64,000 nucleotides of DNA from NCBI GenBank assembly GCA_052327205.1, contig CM126216.1, positions 89,962,001-90,026,000 on the forward strand, given 5' to 3'. The notes under the pieces were generated by a model. That model searched no databases, was not told where the DNA came from, and saw only the letters and a program-made list of their open reading frames with translations. A program made the translations under genes and the position numbers. The DNA is from Somniosus microcephalus. Taxonomy: Eukaryota. Positions 12,738 to 26,833 of the stretch are shown in pieces. How positions within the stretch are numbered: the stretch's first letter is position 1; each line of letters opens with the position of its first letter.

Positions 12738-15700
12738 ACTCCAGACCCACAGCTATGTGGTTGACACTTAACTGCCCTCACTCCAGACCCACAGCTATGT
12801 GGTTAACTCTTAACTGCCCTCTGAAATGGCCTAGCAAGTCACTTAATTGTAACTAACCACTATGAAACATAATAAGAATGAAACTGGACGGACCACCCGG
12901 CATCGACCTCAGCACCGGCTACGGACACGGCAACGGCACACCCAGCCCAGTCGACCCTGCAAGGTCCTCCTCACCAACATCTGGGGACTTGTGCCAAAAT
13001 TGGGAGAGCTGTCCCACAGACTAGTCAGGCAACAGCCTAACATAGTCATACTCACAGAATCATACCTTTCAGCCAATGTCCCAAACTCCTCCATCACCAT
13101 CCCTGGGTATGTCCTGTCCCATCGGCAGGACAGACCCACCAGAGGTGGTGGCACAGTGATATACAGTCAGGAAGGAGTGGCCCTGGGAGTCCTCAACATT
13201 GACTCCGGACCCCATGAAGTCTCATGGCTTCAGGTCAAGCATGGGCAGGGAAACCTCCTGCTGATTACCACCTACCACCCTCCATCAGCTGATGAATCAG
13301 TACTCCTCCATGTTGAACACCACTTGGAAGAAGCACTGAGAGTAGCAAGGACACAGAATGTACACTGGGTGGGAGACTTAAATGTCCATCACCAAGAGTG
13401 GCTCAGTAGCACCACTACTGACCAAGCTGGCCGAGTCCTGAAGGACATAACTGCTAGTCTGGGCCTGCGACAGGTGGTGAGAGAAACAACACGAGGGAAA
13501 AACCTACTTGACCTCATCCTCACCAATCTACCTGTCGCAGAGGCATCTGTCCATGACAGTATTGGTAGCAGTGATCACTGCACAGTCATTTAGGAGTTGA
13601 AGTCCCATCTTCACACTAAGGACACCCTCCATCATGTTGTGTGGCACTACCACCGTGTTGAATGGTATAGATTCAGAACAGATCTAGCAGCTCAAAACTG
13701 GGCATCCATAAGGCGCTGTGGGCCATCAGCAGCAGCAGAATTGTATTCCACCACAATCTGTAACCTCATGGCCCAGCATATCTACCATTACCACCAATCC
13801 TGGTTCAATAAGGAGTGTAGAAGAGCATGCCAGGAGCAGCACCAGGCGTACCTAAAAATGAGGTGCCAACCTGGGAAAGCTGCAACACAGGACTACATGC
13901 ATGCTAAAAAGCGGAAGCAGCATGCTACAGACAGGGCTAAGCGATCCCACAATCAACAGATCGGATCAAAGCTCTGCAGTCATGCCACATCCCATCGTGA
14001 ATGGTGGTGGACCATTAAACAACTAACGGGAGGAGGAGGCTCCATGAATATCCCCATCCTGAATGATGGTGGAGCCCAGCAAGTGAGTGCAAAAGACAAG
14101 GCTGAAGCGTTTGCAACCATCTTCAGCCAGAAGTGCCGAGTGGATGATTCATATCGGCCTATTCCCGAGGTCCCCACCATCACAGAAGCCAGTCTTCAGC
14201 CAATTTGATTCACTCCACGTGACATCAAGAAACAGCTGAGCGCACAGGATACAGCAAAAGCTATCGGCTCCAACAACATCCTGGCTATCGTGCTGAAGAC
14301 TTGTGCTCCAGAACTAGCCACGCATCTAGCCAAGCTGTCCCAGTACAGCTACAACACTGGCATCTATCCGACAATGTGGAAAACTGCCCAGTTAAGTCCT
14401 GTCCACGAAAAGCAGCACAAATCCAATCCGGCCAATTACTGCCCCATCAGTCTACTCTCAATCATCAGCAAAGTGTTGGAAGGTGTCATTGACAGTGCTA
14501 TCAAGCGGCGCTTACTCACCAATAACCTACTCACTGATGCCCAGTTTGGGTTCCGCCAAGACCACTCAGCTCCCGACCTCATTACAGCCTTGGTCCAAAC
14601 ATGGACAGAGGAGCTGAATTCCAGAGGTGAGGTGAGAGTGACTGCCCTTGACATCAAGGCAACATTTGACTGAGCGTGGCATCAAGGAACCATCGTAAAA
14701 CTGAAGTCAATGGGAATCGGGGGAAAACGCTCCACTGGCTGGAGTCAAACCTAACACAAAGGAAGATGGTTGTGGTGGTTGAAGGTCAATTATCACAGCC
14801 CAGGACATCGCTGCAGGAGTTCCTCAGGGCAATGTCCTAGACCCAAACATCTTCAGCTGCTTCATCAAGGACCTTCCCTCCAACATAAGGTCAGAAATGG
14901 GGATGTTCGCTGATGACTGCACAGTATTCAGCACCATTCACAACTCCTCAGATAATGAAGCAGTCCATGCCCGCATGCAACAAGACCTGGATGACATTCA
15001 GGCTTGGGCTGATAAGTGGTAGGTAACATCCGCGCCACAGAAGTGCCAGGCAATGACTATCTCCAACAAGCGAGAGTTTAATCACCTCCCCTTGTCATTC
15101 AACGGCATTACCATCGCCGAATCCCCCATCAGCAACATCCTGGGGGTCACCAGAAACTTAACTGGACCAGCCACATAAATAATGTGGCAACAAGAGCAGG
15201 TCAGAGGCTAGGTATTCTGCAGTGAGTGTCTCACCTCCTGACTCCCCAAAGCCTTTCCACCATCTACAAGTCACAAGTAAGGAGTGTGATGGAATACTCT
15301 CCTCTTGCCTGGATGAGTGCAGCTCCAAAACTCAAGAAGCTCGACACCATCCAGGACAAAGCAGCCCATTTGATTGGCACCCCATCCACCACCTTAAACA
15401 TTCACTTCCTCCACCACCAGTGTACCGTGGCTGCAGTGTGCACCATCTACAAGATGCACTGCAGCAACTCGCCAAGGCTTCTTCGGCAGCACCTCCCAAA
15501 CCCGCGATGTCGTCCAACTAGAAGGACAAGGGCAGCAGGCGCATGGGAACACCACCACCTCCAAGTTCCCCTCCAAGTCACACACCATCCTGACTTGGAA
15601 ATATATCGCCAATCCTTCATCGTCGCTGGGTCAAAATCCTGGAACTCCCTCCCTAACAGCACTGTGGGAGTACCTTCACCACACGGACTGCAGCGGTTCA

Positions 15701-15800
15701 AGAAGGCAGCTCACCACCACCTTCTCACGGGCAACTAGGGATGGGCAATAAATGCTGGCCTTGCCAGCGAAGTCCAGATCCCATAGGCGAATTTTAAAAA
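12738..15800 (+). mobile_element. Near full-length ORF2 of family A LINE (APE endonuclease plus RT), pseudogenised
   Basis: TNIWGL, LTESYL, GDLNVHH and SDH endonuclease motifs in 12862-13593; QFGFR and LDIKATFD RT motifs; multiple stops and frameshifts; 42-bp tandem duplication at the 5' end (12738-12821); 3' tail at about 15800. Confidence 0.93.
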
Positions 15801-18343
15801 CTCTATCCGGCAATGTAGGAAACTGCCCAGGCATGACCTGTCCATAAAAAGCAGGGAAAATTCAATACGGCCAATTACCGCCCCATCAGTGTACTCTCCA
15901 TCATCAGCAAAGTGATGGAAGGTGTCATCGATAGTGCTATCAAGCAGCACATGCTCACCAATAACCTGCTCACTGATGCCCAGTTTGGGTTTCGCCAGGA
16001 CCACTTGGCTCCAGATCTCATTACAGCTTTGGTCGAAACATGGACAAAAGAGCTGAATTCCAGAGGTGATGTGAGATTGACTGCCCTAGACATCAAGGCA
16101 GCATTTGACCGAGTGTGGCATCAAGGAGCCCTGGTAAAATTGAAGTCAATGGGAATCGGGGGGGAAAACTCTCCACTGGCTGGAGTCATACCTAGCATTA
16201 AGGAAGATGGTTGAGGTGGTTGGAGGTCAATCATCACAGCCCCAGGACATCACTGCAGGAGTTCCTCAGGGCAGTGTCCTAGGCCCAACCATCTTCAGCT
16301 GCTTCATCAATGACCCTCCCTCCATCATAAGGTCAGAAGTGGGGATGTTCGCTGATGACTGCACAGTGTTCAATGCCATTCGCAACTCCTCAGGTAATGA
16401 AGCAGTCCATGCCCGCATGCAACAAGACCTGGGCGACATTCAGGCTTGGGCTGATAAGTGGCAGGTAATATTCGCCCCACACAAGTGCCAGGCAATGGCT
16501 ATCTCCAACAAGCGAGCATCTAACCACCGCCCTGTAAGTTGCAGGGTACTCAAAATTCCGCACTCCCCAAGTTATGGACAAAGGGAGCCTGTTTGGACAA
16601 GTTATTAAAAACAGAGTACCCAAAATGGCTTCTGTAACCTCGTGACCAAAATTGACAGGATTTTTAAAGCAAACAAGCAGGCCCGGAGACGAAACTTAAA
16701 ATGCAGGAATCTGTGAAAAGGGACTCTATGGAGCCAGCCAGACAGCCAGACAAAGTAAACACAGAATACGCATTTATTTGACTTGAATCAAATCAAGCTA
16801 GAATGGGCCTATAATCATGGCCATTAAGTTTCTGCATGTTTAATCGACAACAACTCACAGTAGCCATCAAGTCAGGATGGGGACAATTAAGTTTTATCCA
16901 TGACAAACAACCAGGACATCGGGGCCATTAGACCCGGAGACAACCACTCCAAAAGTAGTTAAAATAAATGGTTGTAATCATTTAAAACAAACCCGCCAAA
17001 AGTTAAACAATGGACTGACCTGATTTGGCACGCAGATAAGGAGTTGAAGAACGGGTATAATTGTAGGCCCATCAGTGGCGATCGCTCTCTGGTCTCTCAG
17101 CTCTTGCCCCAGCTCTTGCTGCTGCCGCTCGTACTCGCGCCCTGGCCTCGTGGCGGTTTCTCTTCTCGCTCCCCGCATCGCTCAACAACCAAGGACGCCC
17201 ATTACACTGGGGCCAAACGCGGGAGAACGAGACCCGAGTTCAAAGCCACACAGGCCACAAAAGGGGCGGATGAGATGAGACGAGACGAGACGAAGAAGGT
17301 AAATCGATAACAGCCGAGACGGGCAGTGAAAGACGCATTGGTAAAAACCAAACGCCTAGTTATAAGCTGGCGTTTGGGGAAGAAAGTGGCAGTGTATGTA
17401 TGGATAGTGAGAATAAGTTGCCGTTTGAACACTGCGAATAAGCTGGCGTTAAATGCGGGTGTCAACGCCCGCGATGAATAAACCGGCGCTCGATACTTGG
17501 GTAGTAAAATCATCTAAGCGGTGAAAACCGCCAACCAACCCCCAACCGCAACATTACCGCCAACGACCGCCCGATGGAGAAGAAGAAGAAAACCCATCGC
17601 GATGAGACGACGACGGTAGCTGAGAAAAGGAGGGTGCTTCGCAGCAACAACTTCAGCGCCGTGCCCTGAGACCACGTGGCGACGGGGTACCCCAAAGGAC
17701 AGGGAAAACGGACCTCAAAGCTCACAACCGTTAAAGCAACAGGTTTTGGATCATTGACCAGAAACTAACTGGACCAGCTACACAGATATTGTGGCAACAA
17801 GAGCAGGTTGGCGTTCTGCGGCGAGTGTCTCACCTCCTGACTCCCCAAAGACTTTCCACCATCTACAAGGCACAAGTCAGGAGTGTGATGTAATACTCTC
17901 CACTTGCCTGGATGAGTGCAGCTCGACACCATTCAAGACAAAGTAAACTGCTTGATTGGCACCCCATCCATCACCTTAAACATTCACTCCCTCCACCACC
18001 GGAGTACCGTGGCTGCAGTGTGTACCATCTACAAGATGTACTGTAGCAATTCATCAAGGCTTCTTCAGCAGCACCTCTCAAACCCGCAACCTCTACCAAC
18101 TAGAAGGACATGGGCAGCAAGTGCATGGGAACACCACCACCTCCAAGTTCCCCACCATCCTGACTTGGAAGTATATCGCCGATCCTTCATCGTCGCTGGG
18201 TCAAAATCCTGGAACTCCCTCCCTCACAGCACTGTGTGAGTACCTTCACCACACGGACTGCAGTGGTTGAAGAAGGCAGCTCACCACCACCTTCTCAAGA
18301 GCAATTACCAGCCATGCCCACATCCCATGAATGAATAAAAAAA
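15801..18343 (+). mobile_element. Family A LINE copy interrupted by an LTR-like insert
   Basis: RT ORFs 15912-16214 and 16207-16532; resumes at about 17752 (cattgaccagaaact) through the 3' tail gaatgaataaaaaa. Confidence 0.9.
16533..17741 (+). mobile_element. Putative solo/orphan LTR (ERV- or Gypsy-type), about 1.2 kb
   Basis: TGTAAG...CAACA ends; TATAA at about 17057; AATAAA at about 17477; CpG-rich; cleanly interrupts a LINE; no TSD seen. Confidence 0.6.
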
Positions 18344-19119
18344 GAGAGATTTAACCCTGTGACGACACCAAAGACATTCTTACAGACTGCCTGTGAAATA
18401 CCCTCTCATTCCACCTTCTGTCTGGAAGATCCTTTTAAATGATACGCCTTATAAAATTTAAATAATTTAAAAAGTAAACTGAAAGGTGCAAATTGCTTTT
18501 TTGAAATAAACTAGTCTTTTGTACCGGACAAAAATGATGGATTTTCACAGCTGGATGTCATTTGAAAGATTCGCAGGCCACTCCAGTTCAGAGCATGCCC
18601 GACAGAAGCAAGTTTTATTTGCACGTGAATCCTGCAACTCCAACATCTCTCTTACCCCCCTCCTGCCAGCAGCACCACCACCGCCTGCCACCCCAAACAC
18701 ACACACTCATTTCTGTGCCACTACATTTTCAGAAGAACTAGCAGTTTTGTTCAATGTATTTTGTGTTCAGCAGCAGTCCCTGGTGGCTACTTTGTCCCGA
18801 GATTGCTCAATTATTAAATCTGGTGAAGAAAACGTTGGAATGTGTTAATGGTGTTATTTACTAAAGAGTTGATTTGCCCTTTGACTTCTATATACCCTTT
18901 GTTGTAGCTAATAAAGATTGTTTTTTATTGAACTGCACTCATGTTACAGGTCTAATAATGGCCTTATCCTAGAATTGCATTAATGTGCATGCAGTCCCAG
19001 GTAAAATCAGTAAGTTAAAATATGTGACTTAAAAAAATAATTACCGTGCCATTTATCACTATCTTGACTAGCCTCATGATCCACCCAATTCTCGCCAGGC
19101 CACGGTGCTCTTATGTATT

Positions 19120-22100
19120 GGGCCATCATTTGCTATGGCAGGGCATTTAACATCATCTGCCATTAGTTAGACTTGCCCTTGCATGTTTAGGTTTCGTAAT
19201 TTTTTGCATGGCAAGTTCCTGAAAGTGCGAGCTGATAACGTCGCAGCGAGGGAAACCGGGCACCTGGGACCTGAGTGAACAGGGAAAGCAACTGTGCAAC
19301 TCCTTAACCAATCAGAGTGAAGGATTGTGAAATTAGCAGTGCAAGGACTGAGAAGGAAGTCTAATTAGAGTGGAGGAATTCAATGTCAAATTAGGTACTG
19401 AAAGGGAAATAAAGAAAGGGAAAGAAAGACTGGATTAAGAGAGAAAGAAAAAAGAGACAAAGAAAGAGACAAAAATGTTAAAATCATTTTATATTTTACA
19501 TTTTCAAAATCTAACAATAATTAAAACCTGAAAGAATGAGACGTCACGCTTTTATAGAAACATAGAAGATAGGAGCAGGAGTAGGCCATTCGGCCCCTCG
19601 AGCCTGTTCCACCATTTAATGAGATCATGGTTGATCATCCAATTCAGTACACTGTCCCTGCTTTCTCCCCATATCCCTTGATCCCTTTAGCCTTAAGAAA
19701 TATATCCAACTCCTTCTTGAATATATTTAATGAATTGGCCTCAACTGCCTTCTGTGGTAGAGAATTCCACAGGTTCACCACTCTCTGGGTGAAGAAATTC
19801 CTCCTCATCTCAGTCCTAAATGGCTTACACTTTATCCTTAGACTGTGACCCCTGGTTCTGGACTCCCCCGCCATCGGGAACATCCTTCCTGCATCTAGTC
19901 TGTCTAGTCCTGTTAGAATTTTATAAGTTTCAATGAGATCCCCTCTCATTCTTCTAAACTCTAGCGAATATAAGCCTAAACAACCCAATCTCTCTTCATA
20001 CGTCATTCCTGCCATCCCAGGTATCAGTCTGGTGAATCTTCGCTGCACTCCCTCCATGGCAAGAACATCCTTCCTCAGATAAGGCGACCAAAACTGCACA
20101 CAATACTCAAGGTGTGGTCTCACCAAGGCCCTGTACAACTGCAGCAAGACATCCTTGCTCCTGTACTCGAATCCTCTCGCTATGAAGGCCAACATACCAT
20201 TTGCCTTCTTAACCGCCTGCTGCACCTGCATGCTTACCTTCAGCGACTGGGGTGCACAAGGACACCCAGGTCTCGTTGCACTTCCCCTTTTCCCAATCTA
20301 TTGCCGTTCAGATAATAATCTGTCGTCCTGTTTATGCCACCAAAGTGGATAAACTCGCATTTATCCACATTGTACTGCATCTGCCATGCATCTGCCCAAT
20401 CACCCAGCCTGTCCAACTCATACGTGAGTTTCTCTGCATCCTCCTCACAGCACACACGCCCACCCAGCTTTGTGTCGTCTGCACACTTGGAGATATTACA
20501 TCTAGTTCCCTCATCTAGATCATTAATATATATTGTGAATAGCTGGGGTCCTAGCACCGATCCCTGCGGTACTCCACTAGTCACTGCCTGCCACTTGTAA
20601 AGACACGTTTATTCCAACTCTTTGCTTTCTGTCTGCCAACCAGTTCTCTATCCAAGTCAGTACCTTGCCCCCAGTCCCATGTGCTTTAACTTTGCACACA
20701 AATCTCTTATGCGGGACCTTATCGAAAGCCTTCTGAAAGTCCAAATACACCTCATCCACTGGTTCTCCCTTATCTATTCTACCAGTTACATCCTCAAAAA
20801 ATTCCAGTAGATTAGTCAAGCATGATTTACCTTTTGTAAACCCATGTTGACTTTGTCCGATCCTGTCACTGTTTTCTAAGTGCTCTGCTATTACGTCTTC
20901 AATAATGGACTCTAGCATTTCCCCCACTACCGATGTCAGGCTTACCGGTCTATAATTCCCCATGTTCTCTCTACCACCTTTTTTAAATAGTGGGATTACA
21001 TTAGCTACCCTCCAATCCATGGGAAGTGTTCCAGAGTATATCGAATTTTGGAAGATGACCAGCAATGCACCTACTATTTCTAGGGCCACTTCCTTAAGTA
21101 CCCTAGGATGTAGATTATCAGGCCCTGGGGATTTATCGGCCTTCAATCCCATCAATTTCCCTAACGCCATTTCCCTACAAATACTGATTTCATTCAATTC
21201 CTCCCTCTCATTAGACCCTATGTTCCCCGGCATATCTGGGATGTTATTTGTGTCCTCCTTTGTGAAGACAGAACCAAAGTATGTATTTAATTGATCTGCC
21301 ATTTCTTTGTTCCCCATTATAAATTCCCCTGATTCTGACTGCAAGGGACCTACGCTTGACTTCACCAATCTTTTTCTCTTCACATATCTATAGAAGCTTT
21401 TACAGTCAGTTTTTATGGTTTCTGCAAGCTTACTCTCATACTCTATTTTCCCCCTCTTAATTAATCGCTTTGTCCTCCTTTGCTGAATCCTAAACTGCTC
21501 CCAATCCTCAGGTTTGCTGCTTTTTCTGGCCAATTTATATGTCCTCTCCTTGGATCTTATGCTATCCCTAATTTCCCTTGTTAGCCACGGTTCAGTCACC
21601 TTTTTTGTTTTATTTTTATGCCAAACAGGGATGAACAAATTCTGTAGATCATCCATGCGATCTTTAAATGTTTGCCATTGCCTATCCACTGTCAACCCTT
21701 TAAGTAATGCTCCCCAATCCATCCTAGCCAACTCGTGCCTCATACCATCGTAGTTTCCTTTATTTAAATTCAGGACCCTAGTCTCTGAGTCAACTACTTC
21801 ACTCTCCATCTTAATGAAGAATTCTATCATATTATGATCGCTCCTCCCCAAGGGGCCTCGCACAACAACATTGCTAATTAATCCTTTCTCATTACATAAT
21901 ACCCAGTCTAAGATGGCCTGATCTCTAGTTGGTTCCTCGACATATTGGTCCAGGAAACCATCTCGTATACAGTCTAGGAATTCCTCCTCCACAGTATTGT
22001 TACTAACTTGGTTAGCCCAATCTATATGTAGATTAAAGTCACCCATGATAACTGCTGTGCCCTTATTGCACGCGTCTCTAATTTCCTGTTTAATGCCATT

Positions 22101-22876
22101 CCCAACCTCAGCATTACTGTTTGGGGGTCTGTATACAACTCCTACTAATGTTTTCTGCCCCATGGTATTTCTCAGTTCTACCCATACAGATTCCACATCA
22201 TCAGAGCTAATATACTTCCTTACTATTGTGTTAATCTCCTCTTTAACCAGCAATGCTACCCCACCTCCTTTTCCTTTTTGCCCATCTTTCCTGAATATTG
22301 AATACCCCTGGATGTTGAATTCCCAGCCTTGGTCACACTGGAACCATATCATATCCATTTACATCCATTTATGCAGCTAATTCATCCACCTTATTACAAA
22401 TGCTCCTCGCATTAAGACACAAAGCCTTCAGGCTTGTTTTTTTAACACTCTTAGCCCTTTTAGAATTATTATTTACAGTGGCCCTGTTTGATTTACACCC
22501 TTGCTTTCTCAGCCTTCCACTTTTGCTTTTCTCATTCCTGTCTTTTGCTTCTATCCTTGCTTCCCTTTCCTCTGTCTCCCTGCACAGGTTCCCAACCCCC
22601 TGCCATTTTAGTTTAAACCCTCCCCAAGAGCACTGGCAAACACTCCCCCTAGGACATCGGTCCTGGTCCTACCCAGGTGCAAATCGTCCAGTTTGTACTG
22701 GTCCCGCCTCCCCCAGAACCGATTCCAATGTCCCAGGAATATGTAATAGTTAATTTTCCGTGCCAGAGAGATTTAACCACTCACCTGCCTCTCGCCTGAA
22801 GTTGCTGTACCATTTGCACATAAATAACAGCGAACGCCATTAGCCTCATCGTTAGTTTGACAGTAAAATCTGGGCC
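19120..22876. mobile_element. PIF/Harbinger-like MITE (family H1) split by a CR1 insertion
   Basis: Imperfect TIR gggccatcatttgct / agtaaaatctgggcc; body homologous to 48161-49441 and 51303-52044. Confidence 0.75.
19553..22741 (-). mobile_element. CR1 LINE (HER1-like, family B), near full ORF2
   Basis: ORFs 20577-22358 (APE plus RT N-terminal part), 20240-20584 and 19644-20231; canonical CR1 C-terminus (RTRGHSLRI...RRNFFTQRVVNLWNSLP); tail (tttctatg)n. Confidence 0.95.
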
Positions 22877-24680
22877 AATATCTCACCATCCAGAATACTT
22901 CTTGCCCCTGCTCCCGACTCTATTACCTGTATTCTGTATATGGCATCTTCTCTGCCAGCTGCATCAGAATTTATTAAGGTAAATAAAATAGACTCTTCAG
23001 TACATTTTAAGTTGAATTCCCAAAACAGGGAATCCTTGAAAATGACTGCCTAATCAGCTGGTCAGGTCTCCATGTTTTCTGTTTGAAGGAAAACATGTTA
23101 CAAACACAGAATGGCCGCTGAATGTGAAATTCTGAGAAACAGTTTTAAAAATGTTATTTTTGGAGTTGCATAAATACAAACATAAAACTAAGATAAAGCT
23201 GTTGCCTGCATCCTGGAATAATCCTTTCAGATTTCTTGACTAAAGAGTAATTCATCGCTAAGTTGACAAGAGTAAGCAAGACTTGTTTATGGCAGCAACA
23301 ATGAAAAGATTATTTCCTTATAGCAGCAGTTGTTAAATTGGAAAACATATGGTCATTTGTTTCTTCCAGTTTAAAAATAAAACTATGCTTAATCTGGAAA
23401 GATCAACATTTTCAGTCAGAATTAATGATTTTATTTACTCAGTACCAGAATATTATAGTCTCAGATGTACTGGGGAGACAGATTTTATTGTTTTATAATA
23501 GTTAAGCATTGTGGAACAAGTTGTTTTAACAGTATCTGATGGAGATGACTACCTGACTGTAGTACAGAACGATGAGTGAAACTTTCCGTACTCTGTGTGC
23601 CATTGGCAACATGCCCAGATCATCTGCCTGCCCAGTGTATAACCCGGAACTGGTGGAATTTGATAGCTTCAAGTGGTTAATCCCTTATTAATATAATGTT
23701 CAAAGATTTAATAGGGGTCTTCAGTTTTATTGTGAAATATAACTTGCTTCCTTCCTCTTGATGGATTGCACCATGAATGATGTTAGGATTTTGCTCAGCC
23801 AGGTTTTTCGGTTACATCAGTACAGCTATGAATTCATATTGGTTAGGTGTTGTACTGCCCCAGTAACAGGGTGACTGATGGTAGTACAGAAAGTTCCTCA
23901 CTTCATTTAAGTCTCAGTGGAAATCAGTAAGCTATTCATCTCATTCAGTGGCAGATACTGAGCATGCATATGCCCAAGTAGAGATGGGAACATAAGCGAT
24001 GACATTCACATGCGAGTGGTTCCAGCAGTATATAATCAAATTAAAGATGTCAATACTGAGCAGAAGCTTTTAGTCCTTAATTTTAAGAAGGATTGGTCCT
24101 CGAGAATACAAAAGTGAATGCTAAGATTACAGTATGATCTATATATGATACACTGGGAAAATGTATGTTTTCAGCTGATATTTCATTGCAAGTTGTTGGC
24201 AATGATTGAGAGGGCCAGTGTTGATGATAACAGTTTATGTACACAGCTTGATAGTGTTAATACCAGTGTGTAAACAGAGACTTGAGCAGCTCAGACAAGA
24301 GACAAAAGTCAAGGATATGCAGATTTTCTAAGATACAATAGAGAATGAATGACCAGAGCAAAAGCATCCATGCTTCAAAGAATTTGTGGATTTCTGGAAT
24401 TACAGACAACTGTCAAAAGTTCAAAAAAAGATAGAATTGTAATTCCTCAATCTTTGCATGGAGCATCTTGGTATTAAGAAATACAACTGAAGAGTCCATA
24501 AGGCTATTATTTGGCCAAGACTGAAGAAGAATATAAGCAGTCTACTGAAAAGTTATACTTCATGTCTCATTATTATCAGCATAAACAATTGGGAGACCCA
24601 CTCAACCCACATCTAGTTATCACAAAAACATGGTGATCTTAAGATGCAAGATCCATATTCTTTAAAATAGCGTACTAGAA

Positions 24681-26015
24681 TTCAATTCAATTCAATTCAA
24701 TTTTATTTGTCATATATGCAGCAGACGTGTGTACTGCACAATGAAATGTTGATTTTTACGAGTCCTCCCAACATTGGAATAAATACACCATAACAATGAT
24801 AAAAATACTAATAGAAATACAGTATTAATAATACTTCCTGACTCCCACCATCTACAAGGCACAAGTCAGGAGTGCGATGGAATACTCTCCACTTGCCTGG
24901 ATGAGTGCAGCTCCAACAACACTCAAGAAGCTCGACACCATTCAGGATAAAGCAGCCCGCTTGATTGGCACTCCATCCACCACCTTCAACATTCACTCCC
25001 TCCACCACCGGCGCACTGTGGCTGCAGTGTGTACCATCTACAAGATGCACTGCAGCAACTCGCCAAAGCTCCTTCAACAGCACTTTCCAAACCCGCGACC
25101 TCTACCACTTAGAAGGACAAGGGCAGCAGACGCATGGGAACATCACCACCTACAAGTTCCCCTCCAAGCCACACACCATCCTGACTTGGACCTGTATCGC
25201 CGTTCCTTCACTGTCGCTGGGCCAAAATCCTGGAACTCCCTTACTAACAGCATTGTGAGTGTACCTACACCATATGGACTGCAGCAGTTCAAGGCGGCGG
25301 CTCACCACCATCTTCTCAAGGGCAATTAGGGATGGGCACTAAATGCAGGCCTAGCCAGCGACGCCCACATCCCATCAATGAATTAAAAAAAAAACAACAG
25401 TAATAAATAATAATAAATTATTTGTTCATGAGTCTTATGGCCTGGGGGTAGAAGCTGTTTCGAAACCTGCTGGTACGAGACCGTATGCTTCGGTATCTCT
25501 TACCAGACGGGAGCAGGGTGAAGAGGTTGTGGCTGGGGTGGCTTGCATCTTTAATGATTCTCAGGGCCTTCCCCCGGCACCTCTCGAGGTAGATATACTG
25601 CACAGCAGGTAGTTTAATTCCTATGGTATGTTGTGCAGCTTTCACCACCATCTGTAGAGCCTTGCGGTCTATGGCGGTGCAGTTGCCATACCAGGTAGTG
25701 ATGCAGCCGGACAGGATACTCTCGATGGTGCACCGGTAGAAGTTGGTGAGAATCTGGGGGGCCATTCCAAATTTCTTCAGTCTCCTGAGGAAGAACAGGC
25801 GTTCGCATGCCTTCTTGGTTATGACGTCGATGTGATGGGACCATGTTAAGTCCTCCGTAATGAATACACCCAGGAATTTGAAGCTGCTGACCCTCTCCAC
25901 CTCAGCCCCTTCAATGTAGATTGGGGTGTGTCCCTCCCCCTGTCGCTTCCTGTAGTCCACGATCATCTCCTTTGTTTTGCTGATGTTGAGGGAGAGGTTG
26001 TTGTACTTGCACCTT
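24681..26015 (-). mobile_element. Rex1/Babar LINE 3' fragment
   Basis: NNLSLNISKTKEMIVDYRK...FYRCTIESILSGCITTWYG...RFRNSFYPQAIRL; (ttgaa)n tail at 24679-24702; TSD gtact(a/t)gaa. Confidence 0.88.
24835..25393 (+). mobile_element. Family A LINE 3' fragment nested in the Rex1 3' UTR
   Basis: Nearly identical to 1115-1684; poly-A end. Confidence 0.92.
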
Positions 26016-26446
26016 GTACTTGAAGAGATCTTCAGTGAAAACGAATCTTCTTGCAACAACATAGAATTTTGTACATTTGTGGAATAGAGGGACTTTAAAC
26101 AACACTGCATGATAGTCTAAATCAAATGGGCTTGGCAAATAAGCAGATCAAACAATCAAGAATTGTTAAAAAGGCTAGTGATAGGAATTAAGATCCATAC
26201 ATAGTGCACCGATGCAGACCACACAGGTTCTCCGCACTGCAACTTGTGTCAGATCATCACAAGCGCTCCAATTTATTCATTAAGAAAAGTCTGGTCAAGT
26301 TTAACCACTATAACAAAGTGGCCACGACTAAGAGAATTCAAAGGAAGCATGACCAAAATGAAAAACCTCTATTCTAGTGACTAGGTTCTGTTGGACATGA
26401 GTGGAATTGGAATTGGTCTGAGAAAGGAACCATGTTATTCCAAGTT

Positions 26447-26833
26447 CTTCTTCTTCTTCGGCAGTCCCTCGGAACCGAGGATGACTTGCTTCCACATTAA
26501 AAATGAGTTCGCAGGTGACTAATGAGTCCAATGCGGGACCGACAGTTTCTGTCACAGGTGGGGCAGATGGTGGTTGAAGGGGCGGGTGGGTGGGGTGCTT
26601 GGGTTGATGTGCGCTCCTTGCGCTGCCTGCGCTTGGCTTCCGCTTGCTCCTGGCGAAGAGACTCGAGGTGTTCAGCACCTTCCCGGATGCTTCTCCTCCA
26701 CTTTGTGCGGTCTTGGGCTAGGGATTCCCAGGTGTTGGTGGGGATGTTACACTTTTTCAAGGAGGTTTTGAGAGTGTCCTTGAAGCATTTCCTCTGCCCA
26801 ACTGGGGCTCTCTTGCCGTGCCAGAGCTCCGAG
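26447..26833 (-). mobile_element. RTE (BovB-like) LINE 3' fragment
   Basis: YSEL..GKR..GQRKCFKDTLK...WESLAQDR...CPTCDRNCRSRIGLISHLRTH; (gaa)n tail; 11-bp TSD tattccaagtt. Confidence 0.92.

Noticed and set aside
12329-12781. Repetitive 150-aa and 110-aa ORFs
   Set aside because: They are translations of the minisatellite.
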